Source of the DNA: a virus
Taxonomy: Duplodnaviria; Heunggongvirae; Uroviricota; Caudoviricetes
Strand: one strand, 5' to 3'
Length of the DNA: 52,187 nucleotides
Virus record (IMG/VR): IMGVR_UViG_3300025015_000015
Part shown: piece by piece, positions 1-8,998 of the stretch
How positions within the stretch are numbered: position 1 is the stretch's first letter
How the letters are laid out: each line of letters starts with the position of its first letter
Program-made: the position numbers and the translations under genes
Notes under the pieces: model-generated
Database searches by the model: none
What the model was told of the DNA's origin: nothing
The model's input: only the letters and a program-made list of their open reading frames with translations

Positions 1-433
1 AAAAATTTAACTTCCATGCTCTACGTTTTGATTTTGAATTTATTAGCCCAAAATCACAAAAAATAGATTTCAAACCTTCATAATTACAAACATAGATATT
101 ATGTTTTTCTTTTAAAAGTTTCAGCCTCTCTTCAGGTGTTCCAGTTAAAAATACAACGGATAAACCTTTGAATTTATAAATATCCAGTTTCCAAGGACCA
201 AAGGCACGTGGTGGACAAACCACAAGAACTTTTTTATGTTTTTGTATTTGATTCCAAAGAAGAACAGATATTGTTTTTCCAGTACCAACACCGTGAGCCA
301 TCAATATTCTTCGTTTGTCCGCTGCGAAAGCTAGGGAGACCAACTGATGCCATCGTGGATTTATTGGAAACTTGATTCCATTAAAGACATATTCTAATTC
401 TTTTTTACTTAAATTTTTATAAAAATTAGACAT
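1..433 (-). CDS. SNF2/SF2-family helicase, N-terminal part (runs off the window edge; not in the ORF track)
   Basis: Manual translation from ATG 433: MSNFYKNLSKKELE...HGVGTGKT (Walker A)...VLVVCP...NYEGL. Frame stays open to base 1; the ATG overlaps the stop of the upstream helicase. Confidence 0.75.
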   Translation of the reverse strand, partial: MSNFYKNLSKKELEYVFNGIKFPINPRWHQLVSLAFAADKRRILMAHGVGTGKTISVLLWNQIQKHKKVLVVCPPRAFGPWKLDIYKFKGLSVVFLTGTPEERLKLLKEKHNIYVCNYEGLKSIFCDFGLINSKSKRRAWKLNF

Positions 434-1842
434 TAACCTTCATCTTCACCATCTTCATTATCTCCTTTTTCAACTTTAAGATTCCATGTGCTTAATACTG
501 GTTGTCCAATATCCAAACACTGCCAAAATGTACAACCATATTTTTGTGGACCATGTCTATTAGCAAGTACATAAGCATTACGGAAATCTCGTTTAGCTTG
601 TCTTTTGGTTTGTGTTATAGCAAGCATCATATCAACTGTATCAATTTTTCTAATATCTTCAGCCGTATCTCCTTCATCAGGAATTTTCTTATTATATCCA
701 CCCCTATTTGTTTGGCTTGCATTTATCCATAAGATATGGCGTTCATCAGCAATACGCTTACAATCAATAAATATTTGATGAATTTCATCATTTCTATGAT
801 CACCACTACCAATTTTCATTTTTTCAGGATAATCATTAATTATAACATCAGGAATATAACCTTCATAACTTTCTGAAGCATCTAAGTAACGCTCTAACTC
901 TCCCATAGTAGCTGTTCCCATTGGATATTTCTTAATTCTAAGCTTTCCTCCAAATTTACCAATTTTCTTTCTTGCTTCTAATGTTTTTTCTTTATTAAAA
1001 ACACAGTCAATAGCAACATGCTCTTCATCTATTTGAACACCATTTTCATCAAATGTCCTTATGATAGTTGATTTCATGTCTGGATATTGAGTCATTGCAC
1101 CAAACATTTTATCAAATCTTTGCTCTAAATCTTCTGCTGAAACTTCATGTGTAAAATATAAAACGTTGTGTCCATTATAAAGAGCTTCTCTTGCCAAATG
1201 TTGAAGAGTCCAAGTCTTACATCCTTTACCAAATCCAAGAACTCCCAATAGATCCGTTCTACAACATCCACGTTGATATCTATTATCTATAATATCAAAT
1301 CCAAAGTGCATCAAAAATTTTCGTTTTCCATCTTCACCTTCAACATCATAATAAGACGGAGTTTCAAGACTAAAATAATCAATACCTTCATTTACACTAT
1401 TAATACCGGATCTAAGAGCTTTTTGCATTAGCTCTTTAGCCTTGGTAAAATCTCCCTTTGATGCTAAATCTGCAAATTTAACGGCGGCTTGTTCAAATTC
1501 TCTTGCTTGAACAAAATTATTAACTCTACTTATTACATATTCTTTATTTGGAATTGTAATAGTTTGAAGTCGTTCCAAATATTTAATATACCGATCTTGT
1601 TCCTGTTCAGATTTACTATTTAGAATACGTTCTACTTCATCATGGAAATGATCATTAGGTGCTACTGCAAATTGATCAAAATAGGAATAACAAATTTTGA
1701 TTAAATCTTCTGTAACTGATGAAGAAAAATACTTTGGGGAGATGGACTTACGACATATACTTAAAAACTTTTGATCCGTTATACACAGAAGCAAAAAAGC
1801 ATCTTGCACGCGTTGACTGACCACAAAGTCATTTTCGACCAT
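433..1842 (-). CDS. Replicative DnaB/gp41-like helicase
   Basis: Variant Walker A GFGKGCKT, Walker B-like VIINDY, SQTNR, EDIRKIDTVD and NRHG motifs of DnaB-family helicases. Confidence 0.82.
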   Translation of the reverse strand: MVENDFVVSQRVQDAFLLLCITDQKFLSICRKSISPKYFSSSVTEDLIKICYSYFDQFAVAPNDHFHDEVERILNSKSEQEQDRYIKYLERLQTITIPNKEYVISRVNNFVQAREFEQAAVKFADLASKGDFTKAKELMQKALRSGINSVNEGIDYFSLETPSYYDVEGEDGKRKFLMHFGFDIIDNRYQRGCCRTDLLGVLGFGKGCKTWTLQHLAREALYNGHNVLYFTHEVSAEDLEQRFDKMFGAMTQYPDMKSTIIRTFDENGVQIDEEHVAIDCVFNKEKTLEARKKIGKFGGKLRIKKYPMGTATMGELERYLDASESYEGYIPDVIINDYPEKMKIGSGDHRNDEIHQIFIDCKRIADERHILWINASQTNRGGYNKKIPDEGDTAEDIRKIDTVDMMLAITQTKRQAKRDFRNAYVLANRHGPQKYGCTFWQCLDIGQPVLSTWNLKVEKGDNEDGEDEG

Positions 1843-2512
1843 ATGTCCTCTTAACTAAACAAAACATAAATCCAATACAAAGAATTAATATTGTGGCTGG
1901 TTCAGGTACATTAACCGCAATATAATCTTGGAAGTTTCCTGAGGAAAGGGCCATGATTTTGGAATTACGAAAGGGATATTCATCACCTTCCAATCCACTA
2001 AGCCACTCATTTGCTAATTTATAATTAATACCCTTACAAGCAAACCCAGACTTTTCATAAGAACCAACCTTAGAAACATTATACAAAGAAGGATCTTTAT
2101 TATAATCTTCGTAAATTAATTCCCATACCGCACACTGAAAAGCTGCAGCTTCCTCACTTTCTTTAATATTCCATTTTGGATTATAAAACTTTTGATATAA
2201 TTCTTCAACATACCAACTCTTAAGAAGTCCCATTGGATCACCAGGAGTTGGAACTTTTGATAGCTTAACTACATCATATTTTTGTGGAGAATAAGAGACC
2301 CATTGACCCAAATCAACACAAGTTCCGGTAACCTTCTTTTCATCAACTATAAGATTATAAACTCCAGCATAAGCACTTTCCCAATTATGACCACCACTAT
2401 AAATTTGAACAATCTTTCCAGTATTAATACTATCAAATTGAACAATGGCAGTATTAGCCGATGCTAACTGACCAACAAATACAAAAATTAAAATTGAAGT
2501 CCAAATCTTCAT
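1829..2512 (-). CDS. Secreted PEP-CTERM protein with a putative Cys-Gln thioester (TED/TQXA-like) domain
   Basis: Signal peptide MKIWTSILIFVFVGQLASA; C-terminal VPEP + hydrophobic helix + KRTYGRK; GTCVDL and AFQCAVWEL motifs. Confidence 0.85.
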   Translation of the reverse strand: MKIWTSILIFVFVGQLASANTAIVQFDSINTGKIVQIYSGGHNWESAYAGVYNLIVDEKKVTGTCVDLGQWVSYSPQKYDVVKLSKVPTPGDPMGLLKSWYVEELYQKFYNPKWNIKESEEAAAFQCAVWELIYEDYNKDPSLYNVSKVGSYEKSGFACKGINYKLANEWLSGLEGDEYPFRNSKIMALSSGNFQDYIAVNVPEPATILILCIGFMFCLVKRTYGRK

Positions 2513-2520
2513 TTGTTCTC

Positions 2521-2811
2521 CTATTCAAGAATAAAATTAGGACCGTTTTGAACGTATCTAGCAGATAAAAGAGCAGCTTTCATACGATCTCTTCCAACGG
2601 AATTCATAGTAACAAGCTGAACCTTCTTTGGAAGTCTTGCTTCCTTCAATGCCCACATTATAAGATCATATCCAGTTGTCTCCGATCCTAGATCATGATC
2701 CATCATAACACAATTCCAATGATGGTTACCAAGTAACATCATTCCAGCTTCAGCGGTTCTGGCAATTACATCAACGTTGAAGCTACGCTCGTCATCAATT
2801 AAAAGCCACAT
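2521..2811 (-). CDS. Cyclic-phosphate-processing receiver-like domain protein
   Basis: LLIDDERS...MDHDLG...TGYDL...TMNSVGRDRM pattern. Confidence 0.6.
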   Translation of the reverse strand: MWLLIDDERSFNVDVIARTAEAGMMLLGNHHWNCVMMDHDLGSETTGYDLIMWALKEARLPKKVQLVTMNSVGRDRMKAALLSARYVQNGPNFILE

Positions 2812-2820
2812 AATCTACCT

Positions 2821-3003
2821 CTATCCAACAGGAGGATAATCCGGCCTGTTATCTTCGTTGATCTTTCTTACTATATCAGGATACTGCTTGAGAAGCTGTT
2901 CAATTGCCCTTTCCCTCTCTGTTGTATTACCAATGAGTTCATCAGGAAGGTAAGTTCCAGAACAAAACACATTAGCCAACAACTGATGAAATCTTGCATT
3001 CAT
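2821..3003 (-). CDS. Hypothetical protein
   Basis: 60-aa ORF with SD-like gaaagg, co-oriented with neighbours. Confidence 0.5.
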   Translation of the reverse strand: MNARFHQLLANVFCSGTYLPDELIGNTTERERAIEQLLKQYPDIVRKINEDNRPDYPPVG

Positions 3004-3092
3004 AATTTACCTTTCTTGATTAAAAAGGGAAAAATAGGACTTATCAGGTCCTACTCTCCCATCCAAAAGTACCAGACAGTGTTCACGTTTAA

Positions 3093-4073
3093 TTATACAG
3101 TTACAACATTCGATAGAAGGTCATAAGCCTTCTGCTTAAAACGAGCGGATGATCCATTTGTAATGGACTGAAGGCGTGCTTCTTCCTTAGATCGGTTATT
3201 ATTCTCGATGAATTGCTTACGGTGATCAGCATATTCGGTAGCTGCATTAAATGCTGCCCATGCAGTACCGGCAACAGCAGCATTACCCTTACCAGTCGTA
3301 AATAGACCAACTAGCGTTTCCCTCTTGAGGAGAATAGGCTTGGACTTGAAATCTTCTCGGAAGGGGAAAAGCTGCTCGGACAGCTTCATCATCTGATTCT
3401 TGGTGAACTTGGTCTGGAGGAATTGGTTGTACTGCTTCTCCATGGCTTCATAGTAATGACTTGCAAGCCCAAGGACCTGTCTTGCCTGTTCAACCTTGTC
3501 AGCAAAGTTGATAGTATGTCGAATATTGATGGAATCGGTTAACGTCTTACCAAGAGCAACATTCAGCGTGTTGGCACAGACGACACGAACAGGAGTCCAT
3601 TTGATGTTCAAAGACTTAGTACCATCATGGGAAGTTGAAAGAAGAACGTACTGTTCGATCTTGTCGTCACCTACCTTGGAGTCCTTGGGAAGCTTCAGAG
3701 TAATAAAAACAATCTTTCCTCCGAAAAGACTTCCAGCAGTATGGAAGACGGCCTGGCCTGAACCAATCAAGGTGTCCAGGAAGTTGAAACAGTCAGCATT
3801 GTTAATGATTGTATAGTCTGATCCAACAGTACCAAGATACTTCTTATCGGACTTACGAACGACAGCGAACTTGTCGTCAATGATCTGACTGACAACCGGA
3901 ATTCCATCAACCAACTTATCGCTGACGACGCCAATTTTCTCCTTGTAGCACTCCCAATCCAAACCGGCAAATCGGATAGCCGCTTCCGATGTAACCTCCT
4001 TTTCAACACCAACACCAAGACCATGCCAAGGAACTGAACCAGCATACATTAATGTTTCTACTTGATGTGCCAT
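3093..4073 (-). CDS. DUF932 family (phage/plasmid-like, TIGR03299-type) protein
   Basis: MAHQVETLMYAGSVPWHGLG start, TAGSLFGGK, SHDG, TPVRVVCANTL, GTAWAAFNAATEYADH. Confidence 0.85.
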   Translation of the reverse strand: MAHQVETLMYAGSVPWHGLGVGVEKEVTSEAAIRFAGLDWECYKEKIGVVSDKLVDGIPVVSQIIDDKFAVVRKSDKKYLGTVGSDYTIINNADCFNFLDTLIGSGQAVFHTAGSLFGGKIVFITLKLPKDSKVGDDKIEQYVLLSTSHDGTKSLNIKWTPVRVVCANTLNVALGKTLTDSINIRHTINFADKVEQARQVLGLASHYYEAMEKQYNQFLQTKFTKNQMMKLSEQLFPFREDFKSKPILLKRETLVGLFTTGKGNAAVAGTAWAAFNAATEYADHRKQFIENNNRSKEEARLQSITNGSSARFKQKAYDLLSNVVTV

Positions 4074-4089
4074 TGTCTAAATCCTCCAA

Positions 4090-4248
4090 TTAAAGTGAAA
4101 GAAACAGTTTCGTGAGAATGGGATGATTCTGCTCCCAATCATAGGTCTTTGAACAGTCATAGAGTCCAGGAATTGGACGACCAAGACAAGAACTACGACA
4201 ACAACTACAGGAATGACTTTTCAAAAACCACTTCTTCAAACGATTCAT
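4090..4248 (-). CDS. Small Cys-rich hypothetical protein (52 aa, not in the ORF track)
   Basis: MNRLKKWFLKSHSCSCCRSSCLGRP...; gaagggg SD upstream; fills the gap between co-oriented genes. Confidence 0.4.
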   Translation of the reverse strand: MNRLKKWFLKSHSCSCCRSSCLGRPIPGLYDCSKTYDWEQNHPILTKLFLSL

Positions 4249-4260
4249 CTGAACCCCTTC

Positions 4261-4455
4261 CTACTTGGTGTTTTGAATGGTAATGATTCTGATTCCAAAG
4301 ATCCGAACAACACGACAAAACTTAGTTTCATCAAATGGTTCACGGAAATCAGCTCCAACAAGTTCAATTTGAATACTAATTGGAGTTGTGATCTTTCCAA
4401 AATCAAAAATGTCCACTAAAATGAACTTGATCTGTTCGAACTTATTCTTAAACAT
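4261..4455 (-). CDS. Hypothetical protein
   Basis: SD gaaagga upstream, shared with the 4902 start. Confidence 0.5.
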   Translation of the reverse strand: MFKNKFEQIKFILVDIFDFGKITTPISIQIELVGADFREPFDETKFCRVVRIFGIRIITIQNTK

Positions 4456-4473
4456 CTTTATCCTTTCAATTAA

Positions 4474-4511
4474 TTTTCATGACCGTGAGAATAAAATTTA
4501 AAGTCCGATAA
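4474..4511 (+). promoter_or_regulatory. 38-bp bipartite motif, copy 1 (18-bp quasi-palindrome + 8 bp + AAAGTCCGATAA)
   Basis: ttttcatgaccgtgagaa-N8-aaagtccgataa; other copies at 5056-5093, 5106-5143, 6353-6390 (rc) and 18955-18992. Confidence 0.7.
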
Positions 4512-4902
4512 CCTTTGAAATTATTTCATCAAGTTCCAAATGTCGTTGATAATCAGCATCATTAATTTCTTCTTCAACAATATCAATGATGCTGATAACA
4601 TATTTGATCACTGACTCTTCTGGAAATCTGATGAAATTTGAAGCACATCTTGCCGACCAAGCCTCAGATGATGCTGGTCTTCGTCTTGAAGCAAATCCAC
4701 ACAAACACGCTTCATCCGCAATCATTGTTGCCAATTCAACTGACCTGTCTTTGTTGGAAATCCAATTGTTTGCCCAATCAGCAAAAGAATGATCAACAGA
4801 ACTTTTGTTAATTTCTAATGCTACAAGAATTCCGATTGATACTTGTTTCTTTTTTGACATTTCAGCAATTTCACTTTTTTGGTTTTTAAACGTCTTCTTC
4901 AT
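4498..4902 (-). CDS. Hypothetical protein, first gene after the leftward promoter
   Basis: SD gaaagga; 134-aa ORF. Confidence 0.6.
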   Translation of the reverse strand: MKKTFKNQKSEIAEMSKKKQVSIGILVALEINKSSVDHSFADWANNWISNKDRSVELATMIADEACLCGFASRRRPASSEAWSARCASNFIRFPEESVIKYVISIIDIVEEEINDADYQRHLELDEIISKVIGL

Positions 4903-4941
4903 CGTTTTATCCTTTCAATTGAGGATCATTCCTCTAAATAA

Positions 4942-4970
4942 AGTATAACACATGAGAAGTATTTTGTCAA
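4942..4970 (-). promoter_or_regulatory. Strong sigma70-type promoter, leftward
   Basis: TTGACA (4970-4965), 17-bp spacer, TG-n-TATACT (4947-4942). Confidence 0.85.
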
Positions 4971-5055
4971 GTCCAGATTTTACAAAAGAAGCTTTCCTGA
5001 TATATTTTGAATATGTAGTTTGTAACGTTTGTAGTTGTTATAATATTATATTTAA

Positions 5056-5143
5056 CTTTCATGACCGTGAGAATAATATTGAAAGTCCGATAATATTTAA
5101 TATTGTTCTCACAGCCTTGAGACGTATATCTAAAGTCCGATAA
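5056..5143 (+). promoter_or_regulatory. Bipartite motif, copies 2 and 3 in tandem
   Basis: ctttcatgaccgtgagaa-N8-aaagtccgataa and ttctcacagccttgagac-N8-aaagtccgataa. Confidence 0.7.
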
Positions 5144-5196
5144 TGTTTAAAATTGATATATCAAATGTATAATAACCCTATCTGGAGGTTTTAGAC

Positions 5197-5835
5197 ATGC
5201 AATTATCTGAAGAGGATATTCAAGTTATATTTGATTTTTGGAATGAATATAAAGGAAAAGGTAATTGGAAAAGTCATCTTAAGCTTTCTGATGATATGCT
5301 TCTTGCTATAGTTAATTCTCTTAAGAAGTATAATGTTGAAGAAATATGTTCAGCTATTGATAATTATGCAACAATTTTATTAAATGATGAATATTGGTGG
5401 ACACATGCATGGTCATTAACGACTTTTCTTACGGTAAAAGCTGGAACTTATAAGGATGCTCCACTTAAATGGTTAAGATTTCATCCTGACAACTTTATAA
5501 TTGATAACTATAAAACTTCCAAAGGAGCACCTGAGGATGTAAGAGAGGTAGAACCTGAGTTTGTTGATGATATAATTAGGAGATTTGGACGACTTATTGG
5601 AAATAAAGAATACGTTCCTGATAGAATGGGAAGAATCCATTTTGCTAGTTGTGCCAATAAATTAAGAAAATATACAAGTAAATATGGGAAAAAAGAAGTT
5701 GTTCAAACATTTTTTGATTTTTTGGAATCGGAATTTATTGATAAACAAAAAATTATTTATCCGGCTAATTTAAATAATAAAACCACAGTTGACGTTATGT
5801 TTCCACAATACTTAAAGGATATTGGAGTAATTTAA
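5197..5835 (+). CDS. Helical DNA-binding protein, possibly replication initiator/helicase-loader-like
   Basis: IFDFWNEY...YNVEEICSAIDNY resembles the C-terminal domains of phage initiator proteins; SD ggagg. Confidence 0.4.
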   Translation: MQLSEEDIQVIFDFWNEYKGKGNWKSHLKLSDDMLLAIVNSLKKYNVEEICSAIDNYATILLNDEYWWTHAWSLTTFLTVKAGTYKDAPLKWLRFHPDNFIIDNYKTSKGAPEDVREVEPEFVDDIIRRFGRLIGNKEYVPDRMGRIHFASCANKLRKYTSKYGKKEVVQTFFDFLESEFIDKQKIIYPANLNNKTTVDVMFPQYLKDIGVI

Positions 5836-6309
5836 ATGAAGTTTGTGTTTGGAAAAGCACATAAACTAGTTGAAGCTTCCTGGTATCTTTTAATTGATGA
5901 TACTTCAAGAGAGCTAGCTGGAATATTAATACAAAGCTCCTTTGAAAGAATAATATCAGATCCATATATTAAAGCTGAAAGTGCCTCAACATATTGTGGT
6001 ATTATGATGATTGCAAGTTCAAAGGTACAAATATCACTGGATCTTGGAGAACGAGATGGTTGGTATATAAATATAAATGGTGGATGTTGCCAGAATTTGT
6101 TCTCAATAGAAAAAGAAATTGAACTTGATCATTTTCCTGAGAAGGAAGATAGGATCAAGGTTTCAAAATGGCCTAATGGTAAACATTGGTATGCAACAGT
6201 AGACTTTGAATCCGTAACTGATGAATTAGGACGCAACAAATGGAATACACAAGGAGAAGCTTTTAAAGAGGCTGAGAAGTTTTTTAAGAATAAATCGGTT
6301 AAAAAATAG
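5836..6309 (+). CDS. Hypothetical protein
   Basis: 157-aa ORF starting directly after the 5835 stop. Confidence 0.65.
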   Translation: MKFVFGKAHKLVEASWYLLIDDTSRELAGILIQSSFERIISDPYIKAESASTYCGIMMIASSKVQISLDLGERDGWYININGGCCQNLFSIEKEIELDHFPEKEDRIKVSKWPNGKHWYATVDFESVTDELGRNKWNTQGEAFKEAEKFFKNKSVKK

Positions 6310-6350
6310 AGTTTCATTAATTTTTCTTGATTGTATGAACACTACTTTAA

Positions 6351-6515
6351 GATTATCGGACTTTAAATATACGTCTAAAGGTCGTGGGAATAATATTAAA
6401 CGTTAAAGATGTTACAAACGTTAAGAACTACATATCTTGAATATTAAAGAAATCACTTCTTTGTAAAATTTGGACTTGACAAAATACTTTTTATATGTTA
6501 TACTTTATTTAGAGG
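6351..6515. repeat. Right arm of the inverted repeat; contains motif copy 4 (6353-6390)
   Basis: Aligns to the reverse complement of 4930-5145; 6412-6470 recurs at about 19015-19070. Confidence 0.9.
6476..6504 (+). promoter_or_regulatory. Strong sigma70-type promoter, rightward
   Basis: TTGACA 6476-6481, 17-bp spacer, TG-n-TATACT 6499-6504. Confidence 0.85.
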
Positions 6516-6539
6516 AGTTTGTGATTCATACAAGAACGA

Positions 6540-7090
6540 GCCATTTTTAAAAATGGGATCTTGATTCTGAATCAAAAGGATTGATGATATTTGACTTAAC
6601 AGTGTTGATGGATGCCACTCCTCAACTGTTAAGTTTAAGCGTCACCTGCTTAGTGGCGAGTTCGACGATGCAAACGCCTGAATTAGGTAGCTCAATTGGT
6701 AGAGCAATTCTAGTGGAAAGTATGTGAGTTCGAATTTCACCCTAATTCTTTTAAGTTCTTTGACAATGATATATGATAGTAGCAAGGAAGCTTTTGAAGG
6801 CGTTATGATAAACAAACCTTTTGTCGCTGTCCTTAGGACTAAAAAAGGTAGTATCTGATTAAAATGATGTAAGGTAAATTCCAGAAATCTTCGGAGGATC
6901 TCAGGATTGGGTCTGGAATTATCGGTTCGATAATTGGCCTCTCCAATTATTAAGCGAGTCATTAACCCTAACCCCATATAATTCTTTATTAGGGAAGAAT
7001 TATCAGGTACAAGTTAATACTTCATTATATATCTAAATATTAAAAATTTAAAACCTTAATAAGAAATTTATCAGATTATTATTTCTTATG
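6540..7090 (+). ncRNA. Candidate multi-hairpin non-coding RNA region
   Basis: No credible sense ORF; successive stems acttaacagt/actgttaagt, aattccaga/tctggaatt, aattatcg/cgataatt, taattctt/aagaatta, ataagaaat/atttcttat. Confidence 0.45.
6681..6748 (+). ncRNA. tRNA-like element with shrunken anticodon arm (pseudo-tRNA or tRNA mimic)
   Basis: 7-bp acceptor AATTAGG/CCTAATT, D-arm GCTC-AATTGGTA-GAGC, T-arm GTGAG-TTCGAAT-TTCAC; only 17 nt between A26 and the T-arm. Confidence 0.65.
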
Positions 7091-7314
7091 GGGTAAAAAT
7101 ACCTTTTATTAAAAAATTAAATAATTATATAATTAAAAGGTCAAAGTTTAATATTAAATGAAAATTTAAGAAAATGTGGGAAGTAAAATGGTATAATTAT
7201 CATTGGTATGTTAATAAGTTAATATTATCCACAGAGGATATAATAAAAATTTATCATATGATAAGGACTTTTATTTGTCAATTAACGCTATTAATTAAGT
7301 GAAAGGTTGTAGTA

Positions 7315-7578
7315 ATGTGTGGTCCAAAGTCAGTTAATAATCAAAATCCGGAAGATGTTGTTAATTACTCAGATGAAGCTTTCAAAGAAGCCGACGCAAT
7401 AGTAAAAAGGGTCTTTGATGTTGATCTGGTAGCAAAGCATAATCGAAGGGTCAAAAGCCCTTTCAAGACAAGAAAAATACGTTTTGATGTAAAGGGTGAA
7501 GATATTGATAAGACAAATCGTTTAAAGAACAGACGTAAAAGTAGGTGTAATAAAGCTAATAAACATAAGGATGATTAA
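7315..7578 (+). CDS. Basic hypothetical protein
   Basis: SD gaaagg; K/R-rich C-terminus. Confidence 0.55.
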   Translation: MCGPKSVNNQNPEDVVNYSDEAFKEADAIVKRVFDVDLVAKHNRRVKSPFKTRKIRFDVKGEDIDKTNRLKNRRKSRCNKANKHKDD

Positions 7579-7752
7579 ATGAAAAAGAAGCAATCGTGGA
7601 TTGTAACAGTTAGATGTATAATAATTAAAGAAATTGAAACTGATAATTGTACTGCAGAAGAAGCTCGTAAAAATCCTTTTGATCATTCAGTAAATGAAAC
7701 TGAATTGGAACAACAAGATTGGTATGTTGATAATATAGAACCTAATAATTAA
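7579..7752 (+). CDS. Small acidic hypothetical protein (57 aa, not in the ORF track)
   Basis: ATG directly after the 7578 stop; MKKKQSWIVTVRC... Confidence 0.5.
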   Translation: MKKKQSWIVTVRCIIIKEIETDNCTAEEARKNPFDHSVNETELEQQDWYVDNIEPNN

Positions 7753-7902
7753 AGGGAAATTAAATCATTTTTTGTTGTTTAATAGTAGATTATCAATTCA
7801 AATTTGGAAGAATTGGTTTTGACATCCATCAATGTTTAATTATCACGGATGTGTTTATAAGTGGTATTTTCTTGGTTTTATAAAAATAGGAGTTAAAAAG
7901 TA

Positions 7903-8190
7903 ATGCTTAATCTTAAAGAAGTCTTTAATAAATTTGATAATGAATATACTAAGTTTGATAGGGTTGAAAATCCACTAAATCATCGTCCAGATTTATGTGC
8001 ATTTCTTCTTCTTGATCAGCTTGTTCGGGGGAAAATAAATATTGTTTCTAATGCAGAACATTATGGAATTTATCTTTCAATAGATTGTATTAATTTAGCA
8101 GAGGTTGCATCTGAAGAAGATATTTTAACTCTTATTCGTTGTGGAGTTATATATAATTGGGAAAATGAATCTCTTCGTATGTTTGTTTAA
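7903..8190 (+). CDS. Hypothetical protein
   Basis: SD aggag; 95 aa. Confidence 0.6.
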   Translation: MLNLKEVFNKFDNEYTKFDRVENPLNHRPDLCAFLLLDQLVRGKINIVSNAEHYGIYLSIDCINLAEVASEEDILTLIRCGVIYNWENESLRMFV

Positions 8191-8259
8191 TTATTTAATT
8201 TACAATTAATTATGTTTAAATTTTTTTAATTAATGTTTATAATGAGAGGTTCTGAACAC

Positions 8260-8646
8260 ATGTTATCTGAAGAGCAATCAAGCCTATTAAACCGCCTAAT
8301 TATAGCAGAAAAATACTTTGGTAAGGTGTATTCAGTCCATGTTGATGCAGCTAAACAGCTTTATGAAGAAGGGGATTATGATTCTTGTAAAGAAGTTCTG
8401 GACGTGTTTCCTACTCAGGAACAGCTTCTTGATGAATTAATACATAAGCTTGAAGGGAAGTCCATTTATAAAACTATTATTGAAGTTCAACATGGTGGAT
8501 GTACCAATAAGTTCACTAAGATCAAGATGATTTCATCTTTAATTACCCATGTTTGTATTGAATGTGAACATCCTAAATCTGACCTGCGATATTCTTATCT
8601 TCTCCCTTGGTTGTATAATCAGTTGTCTAAAGAATTATATAATTAA
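8260..8646 (+). CDS. Hypothetical protein
   Basis: ATG 8260 preceded by gagagg; in frame with the tracked ORF. Confidence 0.6.
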   Translation: MLSEEQSSLLNRLIIAEKYFGKVYSVHVDAAKQLYEEGDYDSCKEVLDVFPTQEQLLDELIHKLEGKSIYKTIIEVQHGGCTNKFTKIKMISSLITHVCIECEHPKSDLRYSYLLPWLYNQLSKELYN

Positions 8647-8998
8647 ATACATGGAGTGAAGAATAAATGGCAAAGGCAACAAGAACTGATTTGGATTATA
8701 TGGTTACTTTAACATTATCTGGAAAAGAGGCAGAAGCTTTGCTTAAGATGTGTGGTAACATTGTTGATAGTCATAGTGGTCCTGGAGAACACATATCTAA
8801 TATTTTTTATGCTCTTAAGATTGTTATTTGTCCATTGTTCTAATATGGAACAACTTATCCAATTAATGGAGTTTAAATGTATCTATTAGATGAAGTTGAA
8901 ACTGACACAGATCATTATTTATATGGAAAGCATATTGATATTAAGCCTAGTAGGTACATATTTATTAAAAACAATTAACTTTAGATGGAGAGTTAAAA

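Larger units (their letters stand above)
4930..5145. repeat. Left arm of a long imperfect inverted repeat (partner 6351-6515)
   Basis: Reverse complements of 4930-5030 and 5101-5145 align with 6412-6515 and 6351-6395. Confidence 0.9.

Noticed and set aside
4952-5143. Plus-strand 63-aa ORF
   Set aside because: Runs through the promoter and inverted-repeat arm; no RBS.
6760-6790. Second promoter at TTGACA 6760
   Set aside because: No -10 at 16-18 bp spacing; better read as boxA-like.
6642-6977. Minus-strand 111-aa ORF
   Set aside because: Antisense to the tRNA-like and hairpin region, opposite the strong promoter.
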